Origin: an uncultured Candidatus Binatia bacterium
Lineage (GTDB): Bacteria; Desulfobacterota; Binatia; UBA9968; JAJDTQ01
Assembly (NCBI GenBank): GCA_965204235.1
Contig: OZ241979.1
Location: 2,638,103-2,702,102 of the forward strand
Length of the DNA stretch: 64,000 nucleotides
Direction: 5' to 3'
The notes beneath the pieces were generated by a model, which worked only from the letters and a program-made list of their open reading frames with translations, was not told the origin of the DNA and searched no databases. Both the position numbers and the translations under genes were made by a program. Shown in pieces: positions 47,436-57,446 of the stretch; the first letter of the stretch is position 1; every line of letters begins with the position of its first letter.

Positions 47436-48791
47436 TCAGTCCGCAAACCCCAGCAGCCTGTCGGTTTCCTTCAGGAAGAAGTCACGGTATTCCCTCGGCG
47501 CGTCAAGGAGGTTGCCATGCTCGTCCAGGGTCATGTTGTGGATCGCGACGGCGTTGCCTTCGGGCTCGAAGTAGAGAACGGATACGTCGTCGGGCTTCAG
47601 AAGCCCCGTTCTGACCGAAATACGCACGCGGTCGATCATGTAGTCGCTGTGGGTCTCGATCAGGAAACTGTTTCCACTCCGCTTGAACGCCTGGACGAAC
47701 AGACTGGCAAGTTCCGCCTGGCCTCGGGGGTGCAGGTGAACCTCCGGCTGCTGGAGCAGGAACGCACATTTGCGCCCGCGGCTGCGGTCGGACCCTTCCA
47801 GCACGTCCACGAGAATCGGCAGGCTCTGGCTGACGCCGTAACCGACGTCCATGATGTTCGCATGGGATCCGGATCGCACCTTGACCTGTAGCTGAAAAGG
47901 GTCGCTCATCTGCTTGCCGTGACGTTTCACCTTGATGTCCGCGAACAGTCCGGAGTCCCGGCCGAACTTCACGAGATCGTCGTGGAGCGATTTCCATTGG
48001 GTCATGTCCGTGCGGTCGAGCCGCATCATCAGCATCGGGACGTGTTCGCCTTCCGGAGAAGCGGTCTCTCGGATCGGATCGTAGGTGCGCTTGGGTTTCG
48101 ATCGAAGGGGCGCAACCGGGATCAGTTCGGGCAGGTACGGAAGTCCGACGGCCACACCTCGGCGATCCGCCGCCCGGCGGCTTCCTTTTGTGGCTCCTCG
48201 GCGGAGGAACATACCTTGGAGATAGTCGGTTATGGGCTTCAGTTTTGGCCATCTGGGAGGAACCCGTATCCAATCCGGGGCATTGAACAGGATATTCGGT
48301 ATGACCATGGCGTGAAAGAACGGAACAGCGATTTCCTCGGTACGGCCCGGAATCTGCACGATGGTTCCATCCTTGCCCGGGATCAGCTCCAGAAATGCCT
48401 CGGAGTTGAATTGAAAACGCAAGGACGAGGCGACGGGTTCCGATCCCTTTTCGTGAAAGGTGACCGACAGCTCATACGGGGACATGGCGTCGTCCGGCGC
48501 CTGATCGACCCGGAGGCCGATCTTGAACTCGTCGATACGGCCGCCCGAACCGCGCCGCGACCGGACGATGTCGCGGAACGACCCCATGGCGAAGGGCTCC
48601 TCGTTGAAATCCAGGGATTCGTCGATCCCTCGCCCGGAAAACATCCGATGCAACACCCTGTAACAGCCCAGGAAGGTGGTCTTGCCGGTACTGTTCTCGC
48701 CCACGAGGAGCGTGATGGGCCGCAAGCGGCCACGCTGCTCGTCCTGAAAGCAGCGCACGTCCTGCAAGATCAGTTCTCTCGCGTCGTCCAC
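47436..48791 (-). CDS. ABC-type ATPase (AAA_21/AbiEii-like, DUF3696 tail)
   Basis: LVGENSTGKT, GYGVSQSLP, LLQQPEVHLHP, IETHSDY. Confidence 0.88.
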   Translation of the reverse strand: MDDARELILQDVRCFQDEQRGRLRPITLLVGENSTGKTTFLGCYRVLHRMFSGRGIDESLDFNEEPFAMGSFRDIVRSRRGSGGRIDEFKIGLRVDQAPDDAMSPYELSVTFHEKGSEPVASSLRFQFNSEAFLELIPGKDGTIVQIPGRTEEIAVPFFHAMVIPNILFNAPDWIRVPPRWPKLKPITDYLQGMFLRRGATKGSRRAADRRGVAVGLPYLPELIPVAPLRSKPKRTYDPIRETASPEGEHVPMLMMRLDRTDMTQWKSLHDDLVKFGRDSGLFADIKVKRHGKQMSDPFQLQVKVRSGSHANIMDVGYGVSQSLPILVDVLEGSDRSRGRKCAFLLQQPEVHLHPRGQAELASLFVQAFKRSGNSFLIETHSDYMIDRVRISVRTGLLKPDDVSVLYFEPEGNAVAIHNMTLDEHGNLLDAPREYRDFFLKETDRLLGFAD

Positions 48792-48794
48792 GAC

Positions 48795-48859
48795 GGAACC
48801 CTCCTTTCCTTCGTCTTCGCTATGCTCAGGACGAACGGGGGCAATCGTCCAGAGTTTCC
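48795..48859 (+). mobile_element. MITE copy I (internally deleted)
   Basis: GGAACCCT..CTTCGCTATGCTCAGGACGAACGGGGGCAATCGTCCAGAGTTTCC. Confidence 0.65.
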
Positions 48860-48923
48860 TTTACATTTCGGGAAATGGCAAGGAGAAGGACCGCGTGCCG
48901 GGTGGGCGAGGGGCGCCGGAGGG

Positions 48924-49589
48924 TCAACCGAGCGTATGCTTGCGGGGAAGCAGCGACCTCCGGCTCCGGGCACGGAGGCCGGGCTCGTCCTGCACGGCGT
49001 ACCAGAAGCGTTCGTCGTCCAGTGTGAGGCATGCCGGGCGGAAGGGCACGGGGATGCGCTCCGTCACCCGCTCGCGCACCGGGTCGTAACGGAGGAACGC
49101 ATAACCCGCCTGGCTCTCGTGGCTCCAGTCTCCCAGGGGGCCGGGGTCGCATTCGACGCACCAGAGATCGCCCCGGTGCGAAGTGGGGCTGAAGATCTGG
49201 TTCTCGGTGCGGATGGTCCATAGTGTGCGGCCGCTCCGGGGATCCATGCAGAACAGCTTGCGGTTGCGCCGGTGGCTCAGCCACAGCTTGTCGTTCAGCA
49301 CGGTGGCGCCGGACGCGGCGCCGTCGGGACAGTCGAAACGCCGGATCGCCCGGTTGGTTTCGAGGGACCACAGGAGCAGTTGTTGCCCCAGCCGTCCGCC
49401 GCGGGTGACGAGCCAGACGCCTTCGCTCGACGGACAGGCGTGCCGGACCCCCGGAAACGAAAGGACCGGGTCGCACGATCCGCTTGCGGGGTCGTACGCG
49501 GCCACCACGGACTCGTCCGCGGACGTGAGCCACAGTCGGCCCGTGCGCCACTGCATCCCCGTGACGGGAAGTGACCGGACGTCGATCAT
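48924..49589 (-). CDS. Hypothetical beta-propeller-like protein
   Basis: Repeated G.LW / YDP..G / D...FW strand motifs. Confidence 0.6.
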   Translation of the reverse strand: MIDVRSLPVTGMQWRTGRLWLTSADESVVAAYDPASGSCDPVLSFPGVRHACPSSEGVWLVTRGGRLGQQLLLWSLETNRAIRRFDCPDGAASGATVLNDKLWLSHRRNRKLFCMDPRSGRTLWTIRTENQIFSPTSHRGDLWCVECDPGPLGDWSHESQAGYAFLRYDPVRERVTERIPVPFRPACLTLDDERFWYAVQDEPGLRARSRRSLLPRKHTLG

Positions 49590-49680
49590 GCGCGTTCCAC
49601 AGGAAACGGGAGACCCCGTTCCCGTACCATGAAGCAGGCCAGCGGGTCCATTTTCCCTGCCTTCAGGGAGGGCGTGCGGT

Positions 49681-49709
49681 TTGACTCACGGGTGGCCTTG
49701 CGTTATCAA
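49681..49709 (+). promoter_or_regulatory. Putative sigma70 promoter of Mo-hydroxylase operon
   Basis: TTGACT-N17-TATCAA. Confidence 0.5.
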
Positions 49710-49727
49710 CGGCCGGTCCCATGAAAA

Positions 49728-49925
49728 AGCGCGTCCTTCGACTTCGCTTCGCTACGCTCAGGATGAACGGGAGTTCTTCGCTACTCTACGCTCAGGATGA
49801 ACGGAGTTCTCTGCTTCGCTACGCTCAGGACCCCGGGCGGCTTCGACGGGCCGGTCACTGGGGATGAACGGAGTTCTCCGCTACGCTTCGCTCAGGACGA
49901 ACGGGGGCAATTGTTCCGGGTTTCC
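49728..49925 (+). mobile_element. MITE copy J with multiple core units, in operon leader
   Basis: Four or more CTACGCTCAGGATGAACGG-like units; ends TTGTTCCGGGTTTCC. Confidence 0.7.
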
Positions 49926-49965
49926 CGAAGCAGGTCCGTAACGCGCTTTCGCCACTGTCCGCGCC

Positions 49966-50868
49966 ATGTACCCCGCCGCCTTCGACTACGCCGTCGCCGA
50001 TTCCGTAGATCACGCCATCGACCTGCTCCACGGTTCGGGGGAAGGGGCCAAGCTGCTGTCCGGCGGACAGAGCCTGGTGCCGCTCATGAAGCTGCGGCTG
50101 GTCCGGCCGACCCGGGTCATCGACATCGGACGGGTTCCCGGGCTGGCGCACGTGCGGGAGGACGGAGACGCGGGTCTCCTGCTCGTGGGCGCTCTGGCCA
50201 CGCACGCGCAGGTGGGCGCATCCCCCGTGGTCCGGGAGAAGCTGGGGTTGATGGCCGAGGCCGCGGGGGTCATCGGCGACGACCAGGTGAGGGGTTGGGG
50301 GACCCTGGGCGGGGCGTTGGCCGAAGCGGACCCCGCGGGCGACTGGGGTCCGGTGGTGCAGGCCCTCCGGGGGCGGGTGGTGTGCGTGGGACCGAGCGGG
50401 AGCCGTGTGGTGGACGCGGCGGAGTTCTTCGTGGATGCTTACACCACGGTCCTGGCCGACGACGAGTTGATTACGGAAGTCCGGGCGCCTGTGCCTCCGG
50501 CCGGCAGCGCGGGCGCCTACCTCAAGCTGGAGCGCCGGGCCGGGGATTTCGCGGTGGCCAGCGTGGCGGTCCAGCTCGGTCTGGACGAAGCCGGACGCTG
50601 CCGGGACGCCGGCGTGGCCCTGGGCGCGGCCGGCCTCACGCCCATCCGGGTGACCGCGGTCGAGGAGACCCTCCGCGGCCAGGGCATCGAACCGGACGTG
50701 GTCGCGGCCGCGGCCCGGCTCGTCCGCGACTCCGCGAGCCCGCTGGCCGACGTCCGCGGTTCGAGCGACTACAAGCGGGCCGTATGCGGCGCGTTGTTCG
50801 AGAAGGCGGTGGACGTGGCCCTGCGGCGCCACCGCGGCGAAACGGTGGAGGGGGGGCATGTCCGCTAA
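49966..50868 (+). CDS. Xanthine dehydrogenase-family FAD subunit (CoxM-like)
   Basis: LSGGQSLVP.MKLR, GD.QVR..GTLGG, DPAGD. Confidence 0.9.
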   Translation: MYPAAFDYAVADSVDHAIDLLHGSGEGAKLLSGGQSLVPLMKLRLVRPTRVIDIGRVPGLAHVREDGDAGLLLVGALATHAQVGASPVVREKLGLMAEAAGVIGDDQVRGWGTLGGALAEADPAGDWGPVVQALRGRVVCVGPSGSRVVDAAEFFVDAYTTVLADDELITEVRAPVPPAGSAGAYLKLERRAGDFAVASVAVQLGLDEAGRCRDAGVALGAAGLTPIRVTAVEETLRGQGIEPDVVAAAARLVRDSASPLADVRGSSDYKRAVCGALFEKAVDVALRRHRGETVEGGHVR

Positions 50869-51355
50869 GCGGAAGGTCGCGGTCACGGTCAACGGGAGGC
50901 TCCACCAGGGCGAGGCCGAGCCGCGCATGCTGCTGGTGGACTACATCCGGGACGTCATCGGCCTCAAGGGCGTCCGCTACGGGTGCGACACCAGCAACTG
51001 CGGCTCGTGCACGGTGGTGATGGACGGCAGGAGCGCCAAGTCCTGCACCTTCCTGGCGGTGCAGGCGGACGGGCGCGAGCTCACCACCATCGAGGGCCTT
51101 GCCGCGGAAGGCAGGCTCCATCCCCTGCAGGCCGCCTTCCAGGAGGCCCACGCGCTCCAGTGCGGCTTCTGCACTTCCGGCATGGTCATGTCCGCCCATG
51201 CGCTGCTCGCCCGGAACCCGGACCCGTCCCGGGACGAAATACGCAAGGGGATCATCGGCAACCTGTGCCGCTGCACCGGATACCTGCCGGTGGTCGAAGC
51301 GGTGGAGGCCGCGGCCCGCGGGCGCAAGGCCGGCGGCGAGGGAGGGACCCCATGA
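50858..51355 (+). CDS. 2Fe-2S subunit (CoxS-like)
   Basis: GCDTSNCGSCTV, QCGFCTSG, NLCRCTGY. Confidence 0.93.
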   Translation: MSAKRKVAVTVNGRLHQGEAEPRMLLVDYIRDVIGLKGVRYGCDTSNCGSCTVVMDGRSAKSCTFLAVQADGRELTTIEGLAAEGRLHPLQAAFQEAHALQCGFCTSGMVMSAHALLARNPDPSRDEIRKGIIGNLCRCTGYLPVVEAVEAAARGRKAGGEGGTP

Positions 51356-53811
51356 TCTCCGCAGAGCGCCGGACCCTGGTGGGGCAACCCGTCGTGCGCA
51401 AGGAAGACCCGGACATCCTCCGGGGCGAGGCCCGTTACACCTTCGACGTGGAGTTGCCGGAGATGCTCCACGTGGCGGTGTACCGGAGCCCGGCCGCCCA
51501 CGCGAGGATCCGGCGCGTGGACCTCTCCCGGGCGTTGGAGCTGCCCGGCGTGGTGGCCGGCCTGACCGGCGAGCAGGTGCGGCAGCTCGGATACGTCAAC
51601 CCGCTGTCGCCCTTCCCGTTCCAGAGCCGGGACCCGTTCCGCCGCGGCAACCCCACCATCAAGTTCTTCGACCACTACTGCCTCGCCTGGGACAAGGTGC
51701 GGTTCGTGGGCGAGCCGGTGGCCGCGGTGGCGGCCGTGGACCGTTACGTGGCGGAGGACGCCCTGGACCTGGTGGAGGTGGACCTGGAGCCCCTGCCGCC
51801 GGTGGTGGATTCCGCCGCGGCCCTGGATCCGGAGGCCGAGCGGCTGTACGAGGACTGGGACGACAACGTCATGCTGACGTTCCAGGTGTCCGGCGGAGAC
51901 GTGGAGGCCGCGTTCCGGCAGGCGGACGTCATCGTCCGGGAAGAGATCCACAGCGGCCGCTTCACCGGCACCCCCATCGAGACCCGGGCGGTGGCGGCCA
52001 GCTACGACGCCGGCGTCAAGACGCTGAGCGTGTGGACCACCACCCAGATCGGGCACGCCATCGGAACGCTGATCGAGAACACCATCGCGCTCCCGGACCT
52101 GAAGGTCCACGTGATGTTCCGGCGCATCGGCGGCGGTTACGGGCAGAAGTGGGCGTTCTACCCGGAGGAGATCCTGCTGCCGCTGCTGTCCATCCTCACC
52201 CACCGTCCGGTCAAGTGGGTGGAGACCCGGCGCGAGCACATGACCGGCACCATCCACGCCCGGGAGCAGACCCACCACATCGAGGCCGCGGTGCGCCGGG
52301 ACGGCGCCATACTCGGGGTGAAGGACCGGATCGTGGCCAACATCGGCGCCGCCTATCCCACCGGCGGCTTGGCCTCCATCGTCACCACCGGCATGTTCGT
52401 GCCCGGCGCCTACCGGATCGAGAACTACCAGGGGGAGGTGCTGGGGGTGGTCACCAACAAGACTCCCTACGGCGCGCACCGGGGCTTCGGGAAATCGGAA
52501 GCCTGCTTCGTCATCGAACGGCTGGTGGACCGCATCGCCGCGCATCTCGACATGGAGCCGGTGGAGGTGCGGCGGCGCAACTTCATCCCCCCGGACGCCT
52601 TTCCCTACCGGTCCGTCACCGGCCCGCGATACGACAGCGGCCGCTACCGGGAAGCGCTGGACAAGGCGCTGGAGCTGCTGGACTACGACCACTGGCGGAA
52701 GGAGCAGGCGGCGCTCGCGGCCCGGGGACGCTACGTGGGCATCGGGACCTGCCTGGTGATCGAGCCGTCGAGCTCCACCCGCATGGGTTCCTACAACGCA
52801 GGCTACTACAGCGTCCGCATGCGCATGGACCCCAACGGCAGGGTTTACGTGTTCCCGAGCGGCAGCGACGACGGCCAGGGCCACGCCACCTCCATCTCGC
52901 AGCTCGTGGGGGACGAGCTCCATGTCTCCTTCCACGACGTCATGGTGGTGGAGGGGGACAGCCTCGCCTGTCCCTACGGATCGGGCTCGTATTCCAGCCG
53001 CTTCTCCGTGGTGGGGACCACCGCGGTGACCCTGGCCGCGCGGACGCTGCGGGAGAAGGTCACCCGGATCGCTTCGGTCATGCTGCGGCATCCTCCGGGG
53101 GGCCTCGAATTCTCCGGCGGCGGGGTGTGCGTCGAAGGCCGCCCGGACCGGTCCGTGTCCCTGTCGGAGATCGCCCGCACCGCCTATTTCTACCCGTTCC
53201 AGTTGCCCGAGGGCATGGACCCGGGGCTGGAGGTGCTGTACCACTTCCGCGACCCCAACATCGAGTTCGAGGCGGACGAGCGCGGTCGCGTGGCCATGTT
53301 CAGCAGCTTCCCCTACGACGCCGAAGCCGCGGTGGTGGAGGTGGAGCCTGATACCGGCCTGTTGAAGATCCGGAAGTTCGTCTCCGTCCACGACTGCGGC
53401 AACATGCTGAACCCGCTCATCGTGAGAGGCCAGCACGTGGGCGCCCTGGCCCACGGTTTCGGCGGGGCGCTCTACGAGGAGTTGCCTTACACGGAGGACG
53501 GCCAGCCCATGGCGGCGAGCTTCAAGGATTATTTCCTGCCCACCGCCATGGAGATCCCCGAACTGGTGCTGGGGCACATGGAGACCCCCAACCCCTTCAC
53601 GCCCGGAGGCTTCAAGGGCGCCGGCGAGACCGGCACGGTGGGTCCGCCCGCGGTGCTGGCCAACGCGGTGGAGGACGCGCTCAAGCCCCTGGGCATCGCC
53701 GTCCGCCGCCTCCCGCTCACGCCGCAGTACCTCTGGTCGCTCATCCGGGAGGCCCGGGGCGCGAGCCGCGGCGCGGTCGAACGGGGAGACGCCGCATGTC
53801 CGACAAGGTGA
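51352..53811 (+). CDS. Molybdopterin-binding large subunit (CoxL-like, not form I CODH)
   Basis: IGGGYGQK, active-site loop AHRGFG, GQGHAT, KGAGE.G. Confidence 0.9.
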   Translation: MISAERRTLVGQPVVRKEDPDILRGEARYTFDVELPEMLHVAVYRSPAAHARIRRVDLSRALELPGVVAGLTGEQVRQLGYVNPLSPFPFQSRDPFRRGNPTIKFFDHYCLAWDKVRFVGEPVAAVAAVDRYVAEDALDLVEVDLEPLPPVVDSAAALDPEAERLYEDWDDNVMLTFQVSGGDVEAAFRQADVIVREEIHSGRFTGTPIETRAVAASYDAGVKTLSVWTTTQIGHAIGTLIENTIALPDLKVHVMFRRIGGGYGQKWAFYPEEILLPLLSILTHRPVKWVETRREHMTGTIHAREQTHHIEAAVRRDGAILGVKDRIVANIGAAYPTGGLASIVTTGMFVPGAYRIENYQGEVLGVVTNKTPYGAHRGFGKSEACFVIERLVDRIAAHLDMEPVEVRRRNFIPPDAFPYRSVTGPRYDSGRYREALDKALELLDYDHWRKEQAALAARGRYVGIGTCLVIEPSSSTRMGSYNAGYYSVRMRMDPNGRVYVFPSGSDDGQGHATSISQLVGDELHVSFHDVMVVEGDSLACPYGSGSYSSRFSVVGTTAVTLAARTLREKVTRIASVMLRHPPGGLEFSGGGVCVEGRPDRSVSLSEIARTAYFYPFQLPEGMDPGLEVLYHFRDPNIEFEADERGRVAMFSSFPYDAEAAVVEVEPDTGLLKIRKFVSVHDCGNMLNPLIVRGQHVGALAHGFGGALYEELPYTEDGQPMAASFKDYFLPTAMEIPELVLGHMETPNPFTPGGFKGAGETGTVGPPAVLANAVEDALKPLGIAVRRLPLTPQYLWSLIREARGASRGAVERGDAACPTR

Positions 53812-54518
53812 TCCTCGAAAAGGCGGGCGGCGTGGCGAGCCTCACGCTGAACCGCCCGGAGAAGGGCAACTCGGTGGACTCCGAGACCATGGCCCTGCTG
53901 ACCGACGCCTTGGCCGAGGCGGCCGCGGACGAGGGGCTCCGGCTCCTGGTCATCGAGGGGAGGGGAGACCACTTCTGCTCCGGGCGCGAGCCGGATGCGC
54001 CCAGGCCCGGGAGCGCCGCCCGGTGGGCCGAGGCGCTCGGGCGGATCGTTCGCGTCAACGAGCTGCTGCAATCGTTCCCGGGCGTCAGCCTGGCGGTAGT
54101 CCGGGGCAAGGCTTTCGGGTTCGGCTGCGGACTGGCGGTGCAGAGCGACGTGACCATCGCCGCGGCCGACGCGAGGTTCGCCTTCCCGGAGATCCGCGCC
54201 GGGTTCCCGCCCACCGTCGTCATGTCCTACCTGAGCCGATGGATGCACCGGAAGAAGGCCCTGGAGCTGGTCCTGACCGGAGGCGAGATCAGCGCACAGG
54301 AGGCCGAGCGGCAAGGTCTGGTGAACCGGGTGGCGCCGCCGGACCGGTTGGCGGAGGAGAAGATGCGCTGGACGGAGACGTTGGCGGGCCGCGACCTGGA
54401 GGGGCTCCGGGCCGCCAAGGCGTTCTTCCGGGACACCGCCGAGTGGTCCACCGGCGCCGCGGCGCAGTACGGGGTTACGCGGTTGGCGAACTTCTTCGCG
54501 AGCCGGGACAAGGTTTGA
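53796..54518 (+). CDS. Enoyl-CoA hydratase/isomerase family protein
   Basis: LNRPEKGN, FCSG, A.GFGCGL, FAFPE, GLVNRV. Confidence 0.88.
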   Translation: MSDKVILEKAGGVASLTLNRPEKGNSVDSETMALLTDALAEAAADEGLRLLVIEGRGDHFCSGREPDAPRPGSAARWAEALGRIVRVNELLQSFPGVSLAVVRGKAFGFGCGLAVQSDVTIAAADARFAFPEIRAGFPPTVVMSYLSRWMHRKKALELVLTGGEISAQEAERQGLVNRVAPPDRLAEEKMRWTETLAGRDLEGLRAAKAFFRDTAEWSTGAAAQYGVTRLANFFASRDKV

Positions 54519-54590
54519 CGGTTGGCCTGACGGTCCGGGGCCTGACGGTTCGGCCCCGCGGGGCGGCCGCGTCCGGCGGGCCGTCCCGCG

Positions 54591-54773
54591 CTAGCGCTTC
54601 AGGTCGATCTTGCGCCCGAAGCTGACCTCGCCCTTGTCTATCCTGAGGGAGAACCCGCAATCAGGGTTGGTGCAGACCCAGGCCTTGTACATCACGGAAG
54701 CGCCGTCCTGGCCGTAGTCCGACAGGGGGATCAACGTGCCATTGCCGCATTTCTGACATTTCGGCAACTCCAT
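54591..54773 (-). CDS. Small zinc-ribbon protein (60 aa)
   Basis: CQKC...WVCTNPDC; AAGGAGG RBS 7 nt before ATG 54773. Confidence 0.8.
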   Translation of the reverse strand: MELPKCQKCGNGTLIPLSDYGQDGASVMYKAWVCTNPDCGFSLRIDKGEVSFGRKIDLKR

Positions 54774-54942
54774 CTCCACTCCTCCTTGGCAGCGCGCGCC
54801 GATCGTGCACGGGAGTCTTTGCGGACCGCGCCGTGCGGCCCGGCAAGTTGACGGATGGCCGCATGATATGGAAAATCCTCGTCGAAATCAAGTTGATTCC
54901 CCGCGCCCGAACCGCCGGACGGGATCTGCGGACTTCGTTGGT

Positions 54943-54972
54943 TTGACAGCTTCCACGGGCCGGGGATATGAT
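54943..54972 (+). promoter_or_regulatory. Putative sigma70 promoter of kdsB operon
   Basis: TTGACA-N18-TATGAT. Confidence 0.65.
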
Positions 54973-55039
54973 GGCTTCGGACCTTCGGCGCAGCCGGCGT
55001 CGGGGCGTCCCCTCGCTGCCTCATGTCGCGTCAAACCTC

Positions 55040-55795
55040 ATGTCCGTTGTGGCGATCATACCGGCGCGTTACGGATCGACGCGGTTTCCCGGAAAACCCC
55101 TGGCCAGGATCGGCGCGAAGCCGATGATCCAGCACGTGTACGAGAGCACGGCCAGTGCGGCTCTCGTCCATCGCACGGTGGTGGCCACCGACGACCCGCG
55201 CATCCTCCACGCGGTGCGGGCCTTTGGCGGAGAGGCGGTAATGACCTCGAAGGACCACTCGAGCGGCACCGACCGCCTGGCCGAGGTCGCCGGAGACCTC
55301 CGGGAGGAGTGGATCGTCAACGTGCAGGGGGACCTTCCGTTCATTCGGACGGAGACCATCCGCGAGAGCGTCGATTGCCTGGTGCGGGACGCGGCCGCGC
55401 CCATGGCGACGGCGCGCACCCCCATCGCGTCGGAGCGCGAGTTCCACGACGTGAACGTGGTCAAGGTGGTGACCGACCGGGACGGCTTCGCGTGCTACTT
55501 CTCCCGGGCGCCGATCCCCTGTCACCGGACGCCGCCGGCGGAACCCGTGTGCTGGGGTCATCGTCACTTGGGCATCTACGTCTATCGGCGGGAGTTCCTG
55601 TTGCGCATCGCCTCCATGCCCGCCGCGGCGCTGGAGCTCGCCGAGGGGTTGGAGCAGTTGCGCGCCCTGCACTACGGTTTCCGGATCCGGGTCGTGGACG
55701 TGGCGGAGACGGGCGTGGAAGTGGACACGCCGGACGACCTGGAACGGGCGGAGGCGTACTGGAGCCGACTCCGGGCAAGCGAGGGCCATGGCTAA
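55040..55795 (+). CDS. kdsB: CMP-KDO synthetase
   Basis: [33 protein letters not shown]. Confidence 0.95.
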   Translation: MSVVAIIPARYGSTRFPGKPLARIGAKPMIQHVYESTASAALVHRTVVATDDPRILHAVRAFGGEAVMTSKDHSSGTDRLAEVAGDLREEWIVNVQGDLPFIRTETIRESVDCLVRDAAAPMATARTPIASEREFHDVNVVKVVTDRDGFACYFSRAPIPCHRTPPAEPVCWGHRHLGIYVYRREFLLRIASMPAAALELAEGLEQLRALHYGFRIRVVDVAETGVEVDTPDDLERAEAYWSRLRASEGHG

Positions 55796-57446
55796 CCTGC
55801 GGCAGAAGTTCATTTTCGTCACCGGCGGGGTCATGTCGTCCCTCGGCAAGGGACTCGCCTCGGCCTCCATCGGCGCGCTGCTCGAAAGCCGCGGCCTCAA
55901 GGTGACGCTGGTGAAGATGGACCCGTACATCAACGTGGACCCGGGCACCATGAGTCCTTACCAGCACGGCGAGGTGTTCGTCACCGACGACGGCGCGGAG
56001 ACCGACCTGGACCTGGGACACTACGAGCGCTACGTCTCCTCCGCCACCGGACGAGCCAACAACTTCACCACCGGGCAGGTGTACGACACGGTCATCGCCA
56101 AGGAGCGGCGCGGAGACTACCTGGGAGGCACGGTCCAGGTGATCCCCCACATCACGGACGAGATCAAGCGCCGGATCATCGCCGCGGCCGAGGACTACGA
56201 CATCGCCATCTGCGAGGTGGGCGGCACCGTGGGCGACATCGAGAGCCTTCCCTTCCTGGAGGCCGTCCGGCAGTTCGGCCGGGACTACGGCAGGGAGAAC
56301 GTCATCTACGTCCACCTGACGTTCGTCCCGTACATGGCCCCCGGCGGCGAGCTCAAGACCAAGCCGACCCAGCACAGCGTGAAGGAGCTGACCGGCCTGG
56401 GGATCCAGCCTGACTTCCTGCTGTGCCGGACCGACCGCCTGCTGAGCCGGCAGCTCAAGGCGAAGATCGCCAGTTTCTGCAACGTGGACGAGAACTCCGT
56501 GATCACGGCCAAGGACGTGGAGTGGATCTACGAGGTGCCGCTGGTCCTGCACCAGGAAGGCCTGGACGACAGGATCGTGGAGAGGCTCCAGATGTGGACC
56601 GGCGCCCCCAACCTGCGCAAGTGGCAGAAGACCGTGCACATCCTGAAGAACGCCCGGGAGTCGGTGCGGGTCGCGGTGGTGGGCAAGTACATGGAGCTCA
56701 AGGAGTCCTACAAGAGCCTGATGGAGGCCCTCGTCCACGGAGGGATCGCCAACGGCGTCCACGTGGAGATGGAGTGCATCGACGCGGAGAAGATGGAGAA
56801 GCAGGACGTGCAGAAGCTCCTGGGCAACGTCCAGGGGATACTGATACCCGGCGGGTTCGGCGACCGCGGCGCCGAAGGCAAGGTCCGGGCCGTGCGCTAC
56901 GCCCGGGAGAACCGGACGCCGTTCTTCGGCATCTGCCTCGGGATGCAGATCGCGGTGGCCGAGTTCGCCCGCAACGTCTGTTCCCTCAAGGGCGCCAACT
57001 CGGTGGAGTTCGACGCCGGGACGAAACACCCGGTGATCCATCTGATGGAGGAGCAGAAGGACGTGGACCGGATGGGCGGGACCATGCGGCTGGGGGCGTA
57101 TCCTTGCGTGCTGGCGTCGGACTCGCTCGCGGCCAGGCTGTACCGGAAGAAGCGCATCTCGGAGCGCCACCGGCACCGGTACGAGTTCAACAACCGGTAC
57201 CGGGACGCCATGCGGGACAAGGGGTTGCGGATCAGCGGCCTGTCCCCTGACGGCAGCCTGGTGGAGATCGTCGAGTTGACGGACCACCCCTGGTTCGTGG
57301 GTTGCCAGTTCCACCCGGAGTTCAAGTCCCGGCCCACCGAGTGCCATCCACTGTTCAGGGGGTTCATCCGCGCCGCGGCGCAGCAGCGTTCGTCGGCGGG
57401 GGAGGTCCCGCGGATGCGCATCGTCGCGGACTCGTCGAGGCCATGA
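55788..57446 (+). CDS. pyrG: CTP synthase
   Basis: [33 protein letters not shown]. Confidence 0.98.
   Translation: MANLRQKFIFVTGGVMSSLGKGLASASIGALLESRGLKVTLVKMDPYINVDPGTMSPYQHGEVFVTDDGAETDLDLGHYERYVSSATGRANNFTTGQVYDTVIAKERRGDYLGGTVQVIPHITDEIKRRIIAAAEDYDIAICEVGGTVGDIESLPFLEAVRQFGRDYGRENVIYVHLTFVPYMAPGGELKTKPTQHSVKELTGLGIQPDFLLCRTDRLLSRQLKAKIASFCNVDENSVITAKDVEWIYEVPLVLHQEGLDDRIVERLQMWTGAPNLRKWQKTVHILKNARESVRVAVVGKYMELKESYKSLMEALVHGGIANGVHVEMECIDAEKMEKQDVQKLLGNVQGILIPGGFGDRGAEGKVRAVRYARENRTPFFGICLGMQIAVAEFARNVCSLKGANSVEFDAGTKHPVIHLMEEQKDVDRMGGTMRLGAYPCVLASDSLAARLYRKKRISERHRHRYEFNNRYRDAMRDKGLRISGLSPDGSLVEIVELTDHPWFVGCQFHPEFKSRPTECHPLFRGFIRAAAQQRSSAGEVPRMRIVADSSRP

Noticed and set aside
51352-53811. 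Aerobic CO dehydrogenase
   Set aside because: Lacks AYxCSFR and the accessory coxDEFG genes.
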